A stretch of 64,000 bases of DNA from assembly GCA_024403255.1 (NCBI GenBank), contig JAKSSE010000002.1, positions 4,279 through 68,278 on the forward strand, read 5' to 3'. Shown here one piece after another: positions 33,466-44,478 of the stretch (position 1 is the first letter of the stretch; each line of letters begins with the position of its first letter). The position numbers were made by a program, and so were the translations under genes. This DNA is from Lachnospiraceae bacterium. Its GTDB lineage: Bacteria > Bacillota > Clostridia > Lachnospirales > Lachnospiraceae. The notes below the pieces were generated by a model. The model ran no database searches. It saw nothing but the letters and a program-made list of their open reading frames with translations, and had not been told where the DNA came from.

Positions 33466-35250
33466 ATGGGATTCGAAGAAAGAGACGCCAATTGGCGTAA
33501 AAGCACATATAAGTTAAGCATGGGTTTTGCAATAGGCGCTTCTATTCTTGAAGTGCTTATTTCTCTGCTTATGTTTAATATGGGTATGATAAAGATAGCG
33601 ACGGCTGAATATTTTACCAGATATCTCATTGTTCCAACAATCATATATTGGGTTCTGATTGGGTTAGGTCTTTGGGGGCCAAAATTAAGAGAAAAGTATG
33701 AAGGTAAGCCAAACGATAATTTCTTTTTGAACTGTTGCTCTTTATATACAATGGAGGCGGTATTGTTTGAGATTGGCTGGATTCACCATGCGTATGCCGC
33801 TACTCTTGCTACTCTTGTGGTTCCTATTCTTTTTTCGTTTGTTTTTGCAGATAAAAATGTCACAAAAAGAATCACAGTTATTGCAACGATTGCAATTGTT
33901 TTGTGTACCATCCATAGGAGAGTAGATTTAGCACACCGTAATTTGTCGGATCCATACCAGTATGGTAATGGGATAATAGTTGTAATTATGACAGTGGCGA
34001 TGGGCGCTTTGATTTCTTCGCTGGCTGAAAGACAAAGACAGACGCTTGAAAGCCTCGAGTCTACCGTTAAAGAAGTAGAGATTGCAAACGAAGCTAAAAC
34101 AGCTTTTCTTGCAAACATGTCTCATGAAATTCGTACTCCGATTAATGCGATTATTGGAATTAATGAGATGATACGAAGAGAGAATGTTAATGATCAGATA
34201 AATGATTATTCGCATGATATTCATGGTGCAGCAGATTCGCTTTTAAATACTGTAAATTCCATTTTGGATTTGACGAAGATAGAATCGGGCAAAATGGAAT
34301 TGTCGTATGTTGATTACGATATTCTTAATCTCGTACATGATGTTGCATCAATTGTGAATATAAGAGCCAAAGAAAAGGGAATCGAGTTAAAGGTCGATGT
34401 GGATAAGGGTATTCCGTCTAAATATCACGGAGACGATGTTCATATCAAGCAGATTATTACTAACCTTTTGACAAATGCTGTAAAGTATACAGATGAAGGA
34501 TCTGTTTTATTAAAAGTCTTTGGACATAGAGAAGGTGAAAATGAGGTTCTTGAGGTCCTTGTAAAAGATACCGGTATAGGTATTCGCTTTGAAGACAGGG
34601 CAAAACTTTTCTCTAAATTTGAAAGAATTGATCTTGCAAGAAATAGAAACGTTGAAGGTACGGGGCTTGGTCTTACTATCACAGCTCAGCTTCTTCGAAT
34701 GATGGATAGTATGCTTGAGGTTGATTCGGAATACGGAAAAGGTTCGACATTCTTCTTTAAGATAAAGCAGAAAATAGTGGATGAGACTCCTGTCGGTGAA
34801 GCTAGCGTGGATCATCATGATGCAAAGCAGCAACAAAAATATAAACCTAAATTTGTTGCTCCAAAAGCAAAGGTTCTTGTTACTGATGACAATGCAATGA
34901 ATATAAAGGTGTTTATGCACTTGCTAAAATCTACAAAGATGAATGTAGACAAGGCTGATTCGGGTAAAGCCGCAATAGAGAAGACGCTTCAAAATAAGTA
35001 CGATATTATTTTTATGGATCATATGATGCCAGAGATGGATGGCATCGAGACTATGCATAACATCAGGTCTAATCCTGATAATATAAATAAGGACACAAAG
35101 ATTGTTGCGCTCACAGCAAATGCAATTGTTGGAGCTAAAGAAATGTATTTGTCAGAAGGGTTTGATGCGTTTTTATCAAAACCTATTGACCCTGTAAGTC
35201 TTGAAAAACTTGCTTTGAGTTTTCTTCCTGAGGAGTACATAGAAGGCTAA
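33466..35250 (+). CDS. hybrid sensor histidine kinase / response regulator
   Basis: N-terminal multi-TM sensor, H-box FLANMSHEIRTPIN, N/G boxes (NLLTNAVKYT, DTGIGI, GTGLGL) and a C-terminal receiver (VLVTDDN ... IIFMDHMMP). Confidence 0.9.
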   Translation: MGFEERDANWRKSTYKLSMGFAIGASILEVLISLLMFNMGMIKIATAEYFTRYLIVPTIIYWVLIGLGLWGPKLREKYEGKPNDNFFLNCCSLYTMEAVLFEIGWIHHAYAATLATLVVPILFSFVFADKNVTKRITVIATIAIVLCTIHRRVDLAHRNLSDPYQYGNGIIVVIMTVAMGALISSLAERQRQTLESLESTVKEVEIANEAKTAFLANMSHEIRTPINAIIGINEMIRRENVNDQINDYSHDIHGAADSLLNTVNSILDLTKIESGKMELSYVDYDILNLVHDVASIVNIRAKEKGIELKVDVDKGIPSKYHGDDVHIKQIITNLLTNAVKYTDEGSVLLKVFGHREGENEVLEVLVKDTGIGIRFEDRAKLFSKFERIDLARNRNVEGTGLGLTITAQLLRMMDSMLEVDSEYGKGSTFFFKIKQKIVDETPVGEASVDHHDAKQQQKYKPKFVAPKAKVLVTDDNAMNIKVFMHLLKSTKMNVDKADSGKAAIEKTLQNKYDIIFMDHMMPEMDGIETMHNIRSNPDNINKDTKIVALTANAIVGAKEMYLSEGFDAFLSKPIDPVSLEKLALSFLPEEYIEG

Positions 35251-35258
35251 GAATCAAC

Positions 35259-37307
35259 ATGAATGATATTAGATTGGAAAAGAAAATTAAAAGAATGTTA
35301 AGCCTTCCGATATGGTTTGGTTTAGTAATTCTGATCATGGGCTTTGTTGGTCATGTGATTGAGCCAAAGTTTGATGTGGCGTATGCATCAATAGTTGCCG
35401 TATATGTAATTGCGGCAGTTGCTTTTTACTTAGGATCAGCATATTTCCTTAGACGTCAGATGGTTGAATTTGGCATAGGATATGGTGTTCTTCAAAAAGA
35501 AATTTTAAGCAGTCTTGATACACCATATGCATTATTGGATCAGGATGCAAAAATACTTTGGGTGAATAAGGCTTTTGCAAAGCTTACAGAAAAAGATAAG
35601 AGTTACCATAAAGGCATTTGTACAATCTTTCCAGATATAAATAAAGACTGGCTTTCGAAGATTGAAGGTAGCAATTCAAAGAAGAGCGTTAGATATGATG
35701 ATAAGCACTTTAAAGTTGATGTTCAAAAACTCACTTTTGGCGACCTGTTAAGCGAGTCTGGAGTTACTGAGAAAGAAATAACAGAGGTCTTTTATTCTGT
35801 TTCTTTCTACGAGGATACAGAGCTCGTTAGGGCAAAGAAGAAGGTAAAAGATCAAAGGCTTGTGGCAGGACTTGTTTACATTGATAATTATGAGGATGCC
35901 TTAAATTCTATCGAAGATGTACAGCGTTCGATGCTTACAGCTATTATAGATAGAAAGGTTAATGAGTATTTTTCTCAGGCAGATGCCCTTGTTAGAAAGC
36001 TTGAGAAAGATAGATATTTCGTTATCTTTAGACAGAAATACTTGGAAAGCTTTAGAGAAGATCATTACAGCATTCTTGAAGATATAAAGACCGCAAAAGT
36101 TGGAAATGAGATGGACGTTACCCTCTCGATAGGTCTTGGTATAGATGGCGAAACATATGCTAAGACATATGAATATGCGAAGGCTGCAATTGATTTGGCG
36201 TTAGGCCGAGGCGGAAGTCAGGTTGTTGAAAAACATGGCGAAGAAATAAACTTCTATGGTGGACTTAGCCATGGAACAGAAAAGAATACAAGGGTGCGTG
36301 CAAGAGTTAAGGCTCAGGCATTAAGAGAGCTTATTCTTTCTCATGATGGATTGGTAATTATGGGTCATAGAATACAGGATCCAGATGCTCTTGGTTCTGC
36401 AATTGGTATCAGTGCTGCGGCGAAAGCTTTGGGTAAAACGGCACATATTTGTCTTAACGAAGTAACATTTACTTTAAAACCACTGAAAGAAATGTTTACG
36501 GTGGAAAAAGGATATCCTGAGGATTTGTTCGTTAACAATGCAAAGATAAAGGATTATGTTACAAGTAGAACTTTGATAATGGTTGTTGATACAAATAGAC
36601 CTACACAGGTTGAGTGCCCAGATCTTCTTTCTATGGGAAGAAATGTGGCAGTATTTGATCACCACAGACAGAGTGCAGATGTTATTGAAAATCCAGTGCT
36701 TTCTTATGTTGAACCATTTAGTTCTTCTACTTGCGAGATGGTTTCTGAGGTTATACAGTACTTCCCAGAGGAGATTAAACTTACTCCGGAGGAAGCAGAT
36801 TGTATGTATGCAGGAATGATTGTCGATACAGATAACTTCCTTACAAAAACTGGAGTAAGAACTTTTGAGGCAGCAGCATTCCTTAGAAGAAGCGGAGCTG
36901 ATTCGGGAAGAGTCCGCAAAGTGCTTCGTGATGATATGGATGCATATAAGGCCAGAGCGGAAGTTGTAAGACATGCAGAAGTATATAAGAACTGTTTTGC
37001 AATTTCGGTTTGTACTTCTACAGATGTTCAGAGTCCAACAGTTATTGGAGCTCAGGCGGCAAATGAACTTTTAAAGATAAGTGGCATAAAGGCATCGTTT
37101 GTTTTGACCCGTTACCAGGAGTCCATATATGTAAGTGCACGTTCTATAGATGAAATTAATGTGCAGATTATTATGGAGAAAATGGGCGGCGGAGGACATC
37201 TGTCGGTGGCAGGTGCACAGCTTAAAAATACAAGCCTTGAAGAGACAAAGAAAATGATTGAAAATGTTCTTTCAAGCATGATAGAAGAAGGAGAAATTAC
37301 GGTATGA
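35259..37307 (+). CDS. gdpP: GdpP-type DHH/DHHA1 phosphodiesterase (cyclic-di-AMP phosphodiesterase)
   Basis: Two N-terminal TM helices, a PAS-like region, a degenerate GGDEF region, then DHH ([17 protein letters not shown]) and GGGH. The synteny gdpP-rplI-dnaB matches Bacillus yybT-rplI-dnaC. Confidence 0.85.
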   Translation: MNDIRLEKKIKRMLSLPIWFGLVILIMGFVGHVIEPKFDVAYASIVAVYVIAAVAFYLGSAYFLRRQMVEFGIGYGVLQKEILSSLDTPYALLDQDAKILWVNKAFAKLTEKDKSYHKGICTIFPDINKDWLSKIEGSNSKKSVRYDDKHFKVDVQKLTFGDLLSESGVTEKEITEVFYSVSFYEDTELVRAKKKVKDQRLVAGLVYIDNYEDALNSIEDVQRSMLTAIIDRKVNEYFSQADALVRKLEKDRYFVIFRQKYLESFREDHYSILEDIKTAKVGNEMDVTLSIGLGIDGETYAKTYEYAKAAIDLALGRGGSQVVEKHGEEINFYGGLSHGTEKNTRVRARVKAQALRELILSHDGLVIMGHRIQDPDALGSAIGISAAAKALGKTAHICLNEVTFTLKPLKEMFTVEKGYPEDLFVNNAKIKDYVTSRTLIMVVDTNRPTQVECPDLLSMGRNVAVFDHHRQSADVIENPVLSYVEPFSSSTCEMVSEVIQYFPEEIKLTPEEADCMYAGMIVDTDNFLTKTGVRTFEAAAFLRRSGADSGRVRKVLRDDMDAYKARAEVVRHAEVYKNCFAISVCTSTDVQSPTVIGAQAANELLKISGIKASFVLTRYQESIYVSARSIDEINVQIIMEKMGGGGHLSVAGAQLKNTSLEETKKMIENVLSSMIEEGEITV

Positions 37308-37750
37308 AAGTAATTTTATTACAGGACGTTAAGGGCAAAGGAAAAAAAGGAGATATTATTGAGGTATCAGATAGCTATGGCCGTAACGTGTTAATAGGAA
37401 AAAAACAGGCGGTTGAAGCTAGTGGTGCAAACCTTAATAATCTTAAACTTCAGAAGAAGAATGATGATAAGATTGCTCAGGAAAATTATGAAGCAGCTCT
37501 TGAGCTTAAAGATAAACTCCAGGGTATAGTAATAGAAGTTTCAATGAAGGCTGGAGAAGGCGGAAGAACTTTCGGTTCTATTTCTGCAAAAGAGATAGCT
37601 CAAGAAGCAGTAAAACAGCATAATCTTGAACTTGATAAAAAGAAAATGCTTCTTAAAGAGCCAATTCGTTCATTTGGTATGCATGAAGTGGAAATTAAAC
37701 TTCATCCAAAGGTTGTTGGTATGTTCAGAGTTCACGTTAAGGAGAGCTAA
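37304..37750 (+). CDS. rplI: 50S ribosomal protein L9
   Basis: [28 protein letters not shown] is a canonical L9 N-terminus. Confidence 0.95.
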   Translation: MKVILLQDVKGKGKKGDIIEVSDSYGRNVLIGKKQAVEASGANLNNLKLQKKNDDKIAQENYEAALELKDKLQGIVIEVSMKAGEGGRTFGSISAKEIAQEAVKQHNLELDKKKMLLKEPIRSFGMHEVEIKLHPKVVGMFRVHVKES

Positions 37751-39102
37751 TGGACCAGGAAGCACAAGTTCGAAAAATGCCGGAGAGCCATAAGGCGGAA
37801 AAGAGCGTCATCGCATGTATGATGATGGATCGTGAAGCGGCACAGAAGGCATCGGATATACTTACAAAAGAAGATTTTCAGTACCAGAATTTAGGGTTAT
37901 TATTTGAAGTTCTTTGCGAGCTTTATGATGAGAATAAGCCAACAGGGGATCCTCTGCTCATTCAGGAAAAATTGCGTTCGAAAAATGCTTCAATGGAGAG
38001 TGGGGATGAGTCATTTCTTGGAAGTTTGCTTGATGAAGTTTCGTCTTCACTGCAGATTGAACATTATGCGAATATCGTAAAGGATAAGTCTGTACTTAGA
38101 AAGACAATAAAGACTTTATATAATGCTGAGAATGAGTGTTATTCTGAGAATGAGCCGGTAGACAACATTCTGGAAAGAGCTGAGCAGGACTTGTTTAAAC
38201 TTGCTGAAGGTAGAGGCGGTGCAGATTACGAGTCTATTCATGATATCTCGTTAAGGACATTTAATTCTATCATCGCGGCTTCAAAAAATGATGGAAATGT
38301 AACAGGTATTGCATCAGGATTTGGGGATCTTGATAGAAAGACCGCAGGTTTTCAGAATTCCGACTATATTCTTGTTGCAGCGCGTCCTTCAATGGGAAAG
38401 ACAGCGTTCGTACTTAATATAGCTCTTAATATACTTGCTCATAGTGATAAGTGGGTTGCTATTTTTTCGCTCGAGATGTCAAAAGAGCAGCTTACAAAGC
38501 GTTTGTACTCTATGCATTCAAGAGTAGATTCGCAGAAAATAAGAACTGGTAAACTTACAGGCCAGGAGTGGAGTGAGTTAGTTAGAACAGAAGCTTTTAT
38601 AAGTGACTCACATCTTATAATCGATGATACCCCTGGTATTACAATGCAGGAGCTTCGAAAAAAATGCAGAAAGTACAAGGTGGAACATGGCCTTGATATC
38701 ATAATGATTGACTACTTGCAGCTTATGACTGGAAGTGGAAAATCAGATTCGAGACAGCAGGAGGTTTCAGATATTTCACGTCAATTAAAAGCATTGGCGA
38801 GAGAATTAAATGTTCCTGTTATCGTTCTTTCTCAGCTTTCTCGAAAGGTCGAGGAGCGTCCTGACCATAAGCCGATGATGTCGGATTTGCGAGAGTCCGG
38901 AGCAATCGAGCAGGATGCAGACGTAGTAATGTTTATATACAGAGAAGATTACTACAAGAAGGATACTGAAAATAAGGGTATCTCGGAAATAATCATAGCA
39001 AAGCAGCGTCAGGGCCCAATTGGATCTATAAATCTTCTCTGGGTTCCAGACCAGACACTTTTCAAAAATCTTGAGAACCATCAGAAAAATGATGAGTACT
39101 AA
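37750..39102 (+). CDS. dnaB: replicative DNA helicase
   Basis: Walker A ARPSMGKTAF, IMIDYLQLM, SQLSR and ESGAIEQDADVV. 450 aa. Confidence 0.95.
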   Translation: MDQEAQVRKMPESHKAEKSVIACMMMDREAAQKASDILTKEDFQYQNLGLLFEVLCELYDENKPTGDPLLIQEKLRSKNASMESGDESFLGSLLDEVSSSLQIEHYANIVKDKSVLRKTIKTLYNAENECYSENEPVDNILERAEQDLFKLAEGRGGADYESIHDISLRTFNSIIAASKNDGNVTGIASGFGDLDRKTAGFQNSDYILVAARPSMGKTAFVLNIALNILAHSDKWVAIFSLEMSKEQLTKRLYSMHSRVDSQKIRTGKLTGQEWSELVRTEAFISDSHLIIDDTPGITMQELRKKCRKYKVEHGLDIIMIDYLQLMTGSGKSDSRQQEVSDISRQLKALARELNVPVIVLSQLSRKVEERPDHKPMMSDLRESGAIEQDADVVMFIYREDYYKKDTENKGISEIIIAKQRQGPIGSINLLWVPDQTLFKNLENHQKNDEY

Positions 39103-39177
39103 AAATTATCTTGAAAAGCTAATTTGTTTATGATAGATTTAATTTGATGATTTATCTTTTGAAAGGAGGATTCTATC

Positions 39178-39348
39178 ATGGCATATGTAATTTCTGATGC
39201 TTGTGTTAGCTGCGGAACCTGCGCTGGCGAGTGCCCAGTAGGCGCTATCGCTCAGGGTGATGCACAGTACACTATCGATGCAGACGCATGCGTTAGCTGC
39301 GGAACCTGCGCTGGTGTTTGCCCAACTGGAGCAATCGCTGAGGGTTAA
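39178..39348 (+). CDS. fdx: clostridial-type 2x[4Fe-4S] ferredoxin (56 aa; too short to be listed in the ORF track)
   Basis: My own translation is MAYVISDACVSCGTCAGECPVGAIAQGDAQYTIDADACVSCGTCAGVCPTGAIAEG, with two CxxCxxCxxxCP motifs. SD AAAGGAGG 8 nt upstream and a terminator downstream. Confidence 0.9.
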   Translation: MAYVISDACVSCGTCAGECPVGAIAQGDAQYTIDADACVSCGTCAGVCPTGAIAEG

Positions 39349-39368
39349 TTAGAACCTAATACAAAATT

Positions 39369-39392
39369 AAGGACCCGTAAGGGTCCTTTTTT
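39369..39392 (+). terminator. intrinsic terminator
   Basis: AAGGACCC-gtaa-GGGTCCTT followed by TTTT. Confidence 0.85.
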
Positions 39393-39508
39393 GTTGCCTT
39401 TAAAAGATGGAATTTTATGCATAATCAGTGCATAAATATACAAAATAACGAATAAATCGAGAGTTAATATTCTAAAAAAACCCAAAAACTCGTAAATGAA
39501 AATAAAGC

Positions 39509-39537
39509 TTGAATTATATTAGCTTAGGGCGTATAAT
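39509..39537 (+). promoter_or_regulatory. sigma-A type promoter of the arg operon
   Basis: TTGAAT, 17 nt, TATAAT. Confidence 0.55.
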
Positions 39538-39573
39538 TATTCAGACTTTCGATTTGATAAAAAGGAGCAGATT

Positions 39574-40632
39574 ATGAGTAAGATTAAAGCAGGAATAATT
39601 GGATCAACAGGATACGCAGGGGCAGAACTTGTTAGATTGCTTTTAGCTCATCCTGATGTAGAAATAAAGTGGTATGGTTCAAGACAGTACGTGGATACAC
39701 CTTATGCTGACACCTATCGTAATTTCTTCAAGCTTGTTGATGCAACCTGTTTTGACGATAACTTTGATAAGCTTGCGGAGGAAGTAGATGTTGTATTCAC
39801 TGCAACTCCACAGGGATATCTCGGAGGAATACTTAACGAGGATATTTTAAGCAAAGTTAAGGTTGTAGATCTTTCTGCTGATTATAGAATTAAGGATGTT
39901 GCAACATATGAAAAATGGTATGGAATTGAGCATAAAAGTCCAAAGCTTATAGAAGAAGCTGTATATGGCTTATGTGAAATCAACCGAGAGGATATAAAAG
40001 GAAAGAGATTGGTTGCAAATCCTGGATGTTATACAACCTGTTCTATTCTCTCTTTGTTTCCACTTGTAGAAGCTGGTGTAGTAAAAGAGGATGGAATAAT
40101 TATTGATGCAAAGTCTGGTACATCAGGTGCTGGCCGTGGTGCTAAAGTGGACAATCTTTTCTGTGAGGTAAATGAGAGCATGCATGCTTATGGCGTTACT
40201 GCTCACAGGCACACTCCAGAGATAGAAGAACAGCTTGGCTATGCTCTGGGAAAGAGTCATGCTCCACTTACTATTCAGTTTACACCACACCTTATTCCTA
40301 TCAACAGAGGAATTCTTGTGACTGCTTATGCTAAACTTTCTGATCCTTCTATTTCAGAGGACGAGCTTAGAGCAATCTACAAGAAGAGATATGAAAATGA
40401 GTACTTCATAAGACTTCTTCCAGCTGGAAAACTTCCAGATACCAGATGGGTCGAGGGAAGCAATTTCGTTGATATAAACATCAAAAAGGATGAGCGTACA
40501 GGAAATGTTGTCGTTATGGGAGCGCTTGATAACTTAGTTAAAGGTGCTGCAGGGCAGGCTGTTCAGAATATGAACCTCATCTTTGGACTTAAAGAAACAG
40601 CAGGACTTGAACTTGTTCCTATGTTTCCATAG
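39574..40632 (+). CDS. argC: N-acetyl-gamma-glutamyl-phosphate reductase
   Basis: IIGSTGYAGAELVRLL and the active-site region NPGCYTT. 352 aa. Confidence 0.95.
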   Translation: MSKIKAGIIGSTGYAGAELVRLLLAHPDVEIKWYGSRQYVDTPYADTYRNFFKLVDATCFDDNFDKLAEEVDVVFTATPQGYLGGILNEDILSKVKVVDLSADYRIKDVATYEKWYGIEHKSPKLIEEAVYGLCEINREDIKGKRLVANPGCYTTCSILSLFPLVEAGVVKEDGIIIDAKSGTSGAGRGAKVDNLFCEVNESMHAYGVTAHRHTPEIEEQLGYALGKSHAPLTIQFTPHLIPINRGILVTAYAKLSDPSISEDELRAIYKKRYENEYFIRLLPAGKLPDTRWVEGSNFVDINIKKDERTGNVVVMGALDNLVKGAAGQAVQNMNLIFGLKETAGLELVPMFP

Positions 40633-40640
40633 GAGAAAAA

Positions 40641-41102
40641 ATGAATTTAGATAATGTGAAAATCCGCACTATGACTATCGATGATTACGATGATGTTGCA
40701 ACCTTGTGGAAGACCATAAAAGGTTTCGGCATTCGTAGTATTGATGACTCAAAAGAAGGTGTGGAGAGATTTATAAAACGTAATCCTACAACAAGTGTTG
40801 TTGCGGAAGAAGATGGTAAGATAATCGGTTCTATTCTTTGCGGACATGATGGAAGAAGAGGTACGCTTTACCATGTGTGCGTCCATGAAAAACATAGACG
40901 ACGAGGGGTAGGAAAAGCGATGGTTGTCTTTTGTATGGAGGCTCTTAAGAAGGAGCATATCAACAAGGTAAGTCTCATTGCGTTTAAGTCTAATCAGCTT
41001 GGTAATAGTTTTTGGAATCACGAGAGCTGGGATTTTAGAGAAGATTTGAATTACTATGATTTTGTGTTAAACGAGGAAAATATAACCAAGTTTAACGAGT
41101 GA
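40641..41102 (+). CDS. GNAT family N-acetyltransferase embedded in the arg operon
   Basis: Acetyl-CoA binding motif HRRRGVGKAM (Q/R-x-x-G-x-G/A). 153 aa. Lies between argC and argJ with gaps of 8 and 9 nt. Confidence 0.8.
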   Translation: MNLDNVKIRTMTIDDYDDVATLWKTIKGFGIRSIDDSKEGVERFIKRNPTTSVVAEEDGKIIGSILCGHDGRRGTLYHVCVHEKHRRRGVGKAMVVFCMEALKKEHINKVSLIAFKSNQLGNSFWNHESWDFREDLNYYDFVLNEENITKFNE

Positions 41103-41111
41103 GGATTTGAT

Positions 41112-42335
41112 ATGAAATATATAGATGGTGGAGTTACAGCTCCAAAGGGATTTAAAGCAGCAAATATAGCAGCAGGAATAAAGTATGAAGGTCGTGATGA
41201 TATGGCGATGGTTGTATCAGAGGTGCCTTGTGTTTCAGCTGCAACTTTTACAACAAATGTGGTAAAGGCAGCACCTGTAGTTTTCGACAAAAAACTTGTT
41301 GATGATGCAGCACCTATCCAGGCGGTTGTTATTAATGCAGGTATTGCAAATGCGTGTACAGGAAAAGAAGGCTTTGTATGCTGCGAGGAAACTGCAAAGG
41401 CAGCAGCAAAGATTCTTGATATTCCGGAAAATGCAACTGCTGTAGCGTCTACTGGTGTAATCGGTTTTAAGATTCCTGTAGATAAGATTGCTAAAGGCGT
41501 TGAAAATATGAAATCTCTTTTATCAGATACAAGAGAGGCTGGACATAAAGCGGCGTGTGCAATCATGACTACAGACACCGTGCCTAAGGAAGTGGCTGTT
41601 GAGGTTGAAATCTCCGGAGTGAAAGTTACTATTGGTGCTATGTGCAAGGGTAGTGGAATGATTCATCCTAATATGTGCACTATGCTTGGTTTTACTATGA
41701 CAGATGCGGCTATTGAGAAAAAAGTTCTTCAGGAGATGCTTTCGGATATAGTAAAAGATACTTACAACATGGTATCGGTTGATGGAGATACTTCTACAAA
41801 TGACACCTTACTTGTTCTTGCAAATGGTATGGCAAAAAATCCTGTAATCTCAGGTCCAGGTGCTGATTATGATGCATTTAAGGAAGGTCTTTATGCTGTT
41901 CATGAAAAGATTGCAAAGATGATGGCAGCAGACGGTGAGGGTGCTACACATCTTTATGAAGTGATAGTTGAAAATGCCAAGTCAAAGGATGAGGCAGTTG
42001 TCCTTGCGAAGTCAGTTGTTGGATCTAGCCTTTGCAAAGCTGCAATTTACGGAAAAGATGCTAACTGCGGTCGTTTCATGTGCGCGCTTGGATATAGCGG
42101 TGTGATTTTTAATCCTGATACAGTAGATGTATTTTTTGAGAGCAAAGCTGGAAGCGTTAAAGTTGTTGAAGATGGTGTTGCACTTTCTTTTGATGAAGAC
42201 TTTGCAGTTAAAGTTCTTAGTGAGGATGAAGTTACTGTTCGTTGTGATATGAAGGCAGGCGATGCAAAAGCTACTGCATGGGGCTGCGACCTTACACACG
42301 AATATGTAAATATAAATGCAGATTACAGATCTTAA
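41112..42335 (+). CDS. argJ: bifunctional ornithine acetyltransferase / N-acetylglutamate synthase
   Basis: The self-cleavage site region MLGFTMTDA (ATML|T-type) and TDGDTSTND. Confidence 0.95.
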   Translation: MKYIDGGVTAPKGFKAANIAAGIKYEGRDDMAMVVSEVPCVSAATFTTNVVKAAPVVFDKKLVDDAAPIQAVVINAGIANACTGKEGFVCCEETAKAAAKILDIPENATAVASTGVIGFKIPVDKIAKGVENMKSLLSDTREAGHKAACAIMTTDTVPKEVAVEVEISGVKVTIGAMCKGSGMIHPNMCTMLGFTMTDAAIEKKVLQEMLSDIVKDTYNMVSVDGDTSTNDTLLVLANGMAKNPVISGPGADYDAFKEGLYAVHEKIAKMMAADGEGATHLYEVIVENAKSKDEAVVLAKSVVGSSLCKAAIYGKDANCGRFMCALGYSGVIFNPDTVDVFFESKAGSVKVVEDGVALSFDEDFAVKVLSEDEVTVRCDMKAGDAKATAWGCDLTHEYVNINADYRS

Positions 42336-42346
42336 GGGGAGAAAAA

Positions 42347-43228
42347 ATGAGTGATAATATGCAGGAAGTAATGTCTAAGGCAGAGGTGCTTATCGAAGCC
42401 CTTCCTTACATTCAGAAATTTAATAGAAAAATTATTGTAGTAAAATACGGCGGTTCAGCGATGACTGATGAAGGTCTTAAAAAGAGCGTTATTCAGGATG
42501 TCACTCTTTTGAAACTTGTTGGTTTTAAGCCTATTATTGTTCATGGCGGTGGAAAGGAAATCAGCCGCTGGGTCGAAAAGGCAGGCATGGAACCAAAGTT
42601 TATCAATGGCCTTCGCGTGACTGACGAAGAGACTATGGAAATAGCGGAAATGGTGCTTGGCCGTGTAAATAAAAGCCTTGTAACTATGGTTCAGGAACTT
42701 GGTGTAAAGGCTGTTGGTGTTTCTGGAAAAGATGGTGGAATGCTTCATGTTGAGAAGAAGCTTTCAAATGGTGAAGACATCGGTTACGTTGGAGAAATCA
42801 CCAGTGTTGATCCAAAGGTTCTTTATGATTTGATTGAAAACGATTTTCTTCCAATTGTTGCACCAATAGGATTAGATGACGATTTTAACACATACAACAT
42901 AAACGCAGACGATGCAGCATGTGCAATCGCTAAAGCAGTAGGAGCTGAAAAACTCGCATTCCTTACGGATGTTGAAGGACTTTACAAGGATTTCAATGAT
43001 AAATCATCTTTCATCTCCAGAATTACTGCTCAGGAGGCAGAGGATCTTATAAATAGCGGATGTATCGGTGGAGGAATGCTTCCAAAGCTTTCAAACTGCA
43101 CATCAGCTGTTAAAAGTGGCGTAGGCAGGGTACATATTCTTGATGGAAGACTCCCACACTGCCTGCTTCTTGAAATCTTTACTAATAAGGGTATAGGAAC
43201 CTGTATCCTTTCAGAAGAGGAAGAATAA
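42347..43228 (+). CDS. argB: acetylglutamate kinase
   Basis: [15 protein letters not shown] and NINADDAA. Start set at MSDNMQE, behind GGGGAG; the upstream extension overlaps argJ. Confidence 0.95.
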   Translation: MSDNMQEVMSKAEVLIEALPYIQKFNRKIIVVKYGGSAMTDEGLKKSVIQDVTLLKLVGFKPIIVHGGGKEISRWVEKAGMEPKFINGLRVTDEETMEIAEMVLGRVNKSLVTMVQELGVKAVGVSGKDGGMLHVEKKLSNGEDIGYVGEITSVDPKVLYDLIENDFLPIVAPIGLDDDFNTYNINADDAACAIAKAVGAEKLAFLTDVEGLYKDFNDKSSFISRITAQEAEDLINSGCIGGGMLPKLSNCTSAVKSGVGRVHILDGRLPHCLLLEIFTNKGIGTCILSEEEE

Positions 43229-44424
43229 TGAAAACAGAAGATATTAAAAATATTAATGATGACAATTTGCTTCATGTCTATAACAGATTTGATCTTGTTT
43301 TAGACCATGGAGAGGGCGTTTATCTTTATGATAATGATGGCACAAAATACCTGGATTTTGCTTCAGGAATCGGCGTAAGTGCTCTTGGATATGGGAATAA
43401 AGAGTACACCGATGCGCTTCATAATCAGGTGGATAAACTTTTACACACCTCCAACCTTTACTACCATGAGCCAGGTGCTAAAGCAGCAAAGGCCTTTTGC
43501 GAAGCATCCGGTATGGAGAGGGTGTTCTTTACAAATAGTGGAGCTGAGGCAATTGAAGGTGCAATCAAAGCAGCAAAAAAATATTTCTATTTAAAGAAAG
43601 GTTGTACTGGCGCTAACGTAATTGCTATGGATCATTCATTCCATGGTCGTACAGTTGGTGCACTTTCTGTCACAGGTACAGAGCATTATCGAGAGGCGTT
43701 TTACCCACTCATGGGCGAGGTAAGATTTGCAAACTTTAATGACCTTGACAGTGTAAAGGCACTTATTGATGAAAATACATGTGCAGTAATTACTGAAACT
43801 CTTCAGGGAGAGGGTGGAATTTATCCAGCGACACCAGAGTTCTTAGAGGGGCTTAGAAAACTTGCGGATGAAAATGACTTTCTTCTCATCCTTGATGAAA
43901 TTCAGTGTGGAATGGGAAGAACAGGAAAGATGTTCTGTTTCCAGAATTATGATGTTGTTCCAGATATTGTAACTTCTGCAAAGGCACTTGGCCTTGGTGT
44001 TCCAGTTGGTTGTTTTGGCTTATCAAAAAGAGCAGTAGAGTACACACTTGAACCAGGTGATCATGGAACAACTTATGGCGGAAATCCATTAGTAACAACA
44101 GCTGTATATACTTCGGTTGATATAATGAATAAGACAAATCTTCCAGAGCATGTAAAAGAGCTTGCTCCATATTTGGAAGAACGCCTTGATGCAATAGTTA
44201 ATGATTATGAAATAGCCACTGCGCATCGTGGTATGGGCTTTATGCAGGGGCTTGTTGTAAAGGATATAAAGCCTGTTGAAATCGTGAAGGCTGCATTGAA
44301 AGAAGGCGTTATTCTTTTGACAGCTGGAAGTGATGTTGTCCGTATGCTTCCACCTCTTGTGATTGAAAAAGAGCATATAGATGAGATGGAAACAAAGCTT
44401 CGTAAAGTTCTTGACAACCTATAA
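43228..44424 (+). CDS. argD: acetylornithine aminotransferase
   Basis: Class III aminotransferase: FTNSGAEA, DEIQCGMGRTG, and the PLP Lys region TSAKALG. Confidence 0.95.
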   Translation: MKTEDIKNINDDNLLHVYNRFDLVLDHGEGVYLYDNDGTKYLDFASGIGVSALGYGNKEYTDALHNQVDKLLHTSNLYYHEPGAKAAKAFCEASGMERVFFTNSGAEAIEGAIKAAKKYFYLKKGCTGANVIAMDHSFHGRTVGALSVTGTEHYREAFYPLMGEVRFANFNDLDSVKALIDENTCAVITETLQGEGGIYPATPEFLEGLRKLADENDFLLILDEIQCGMGRTGKMFCFQNYDVVPDIVTSAKALGLGVPVGCFGLSKRAVEYTLEPGDHGTTYGGNPLVTTAVYTSVDIMNKTNLPEHVKELAPYLEERLDAIVNDYEIATAHRGMGFMQGLVVKDIKPVEIVKAALKEGVILLTAGSDVVRMLPPLVIEKEHIDEMETKLRKVLDNL

Positions 44425-44478
44425 AATCGGAATAAAATTGATTTAAAAAGCGCAAGAAGGCGCAGGGAGGGAAATAAA

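Noticed and set aside
37750-39102. Checked dnaB for an intein or other insertion
   Set aside because: The 450-aa length and uninterrupted helicase motifs indicate a standard DnaB with no insertion.
39414-39440. TTATGCATAATCAGTGCATAAATATA upstream of the arg promoter, considered as a tandem ARG box for ArgR
   Set aside because: There is only a loose resemblance to the TGAAT/ATTCA-type ARG box. It lies about 70 bp upstream of the -35, and no argR gene is in the window. This is not enough support to annotate it.
41054-41647. 197-aa minus-strand ORF antisense to argJ
   Set aside because: The Ala/Ser/Thr-rich translation is typical of the reverse frame of a GC-biased coding region, and argJ is unambiguous on the + strand.
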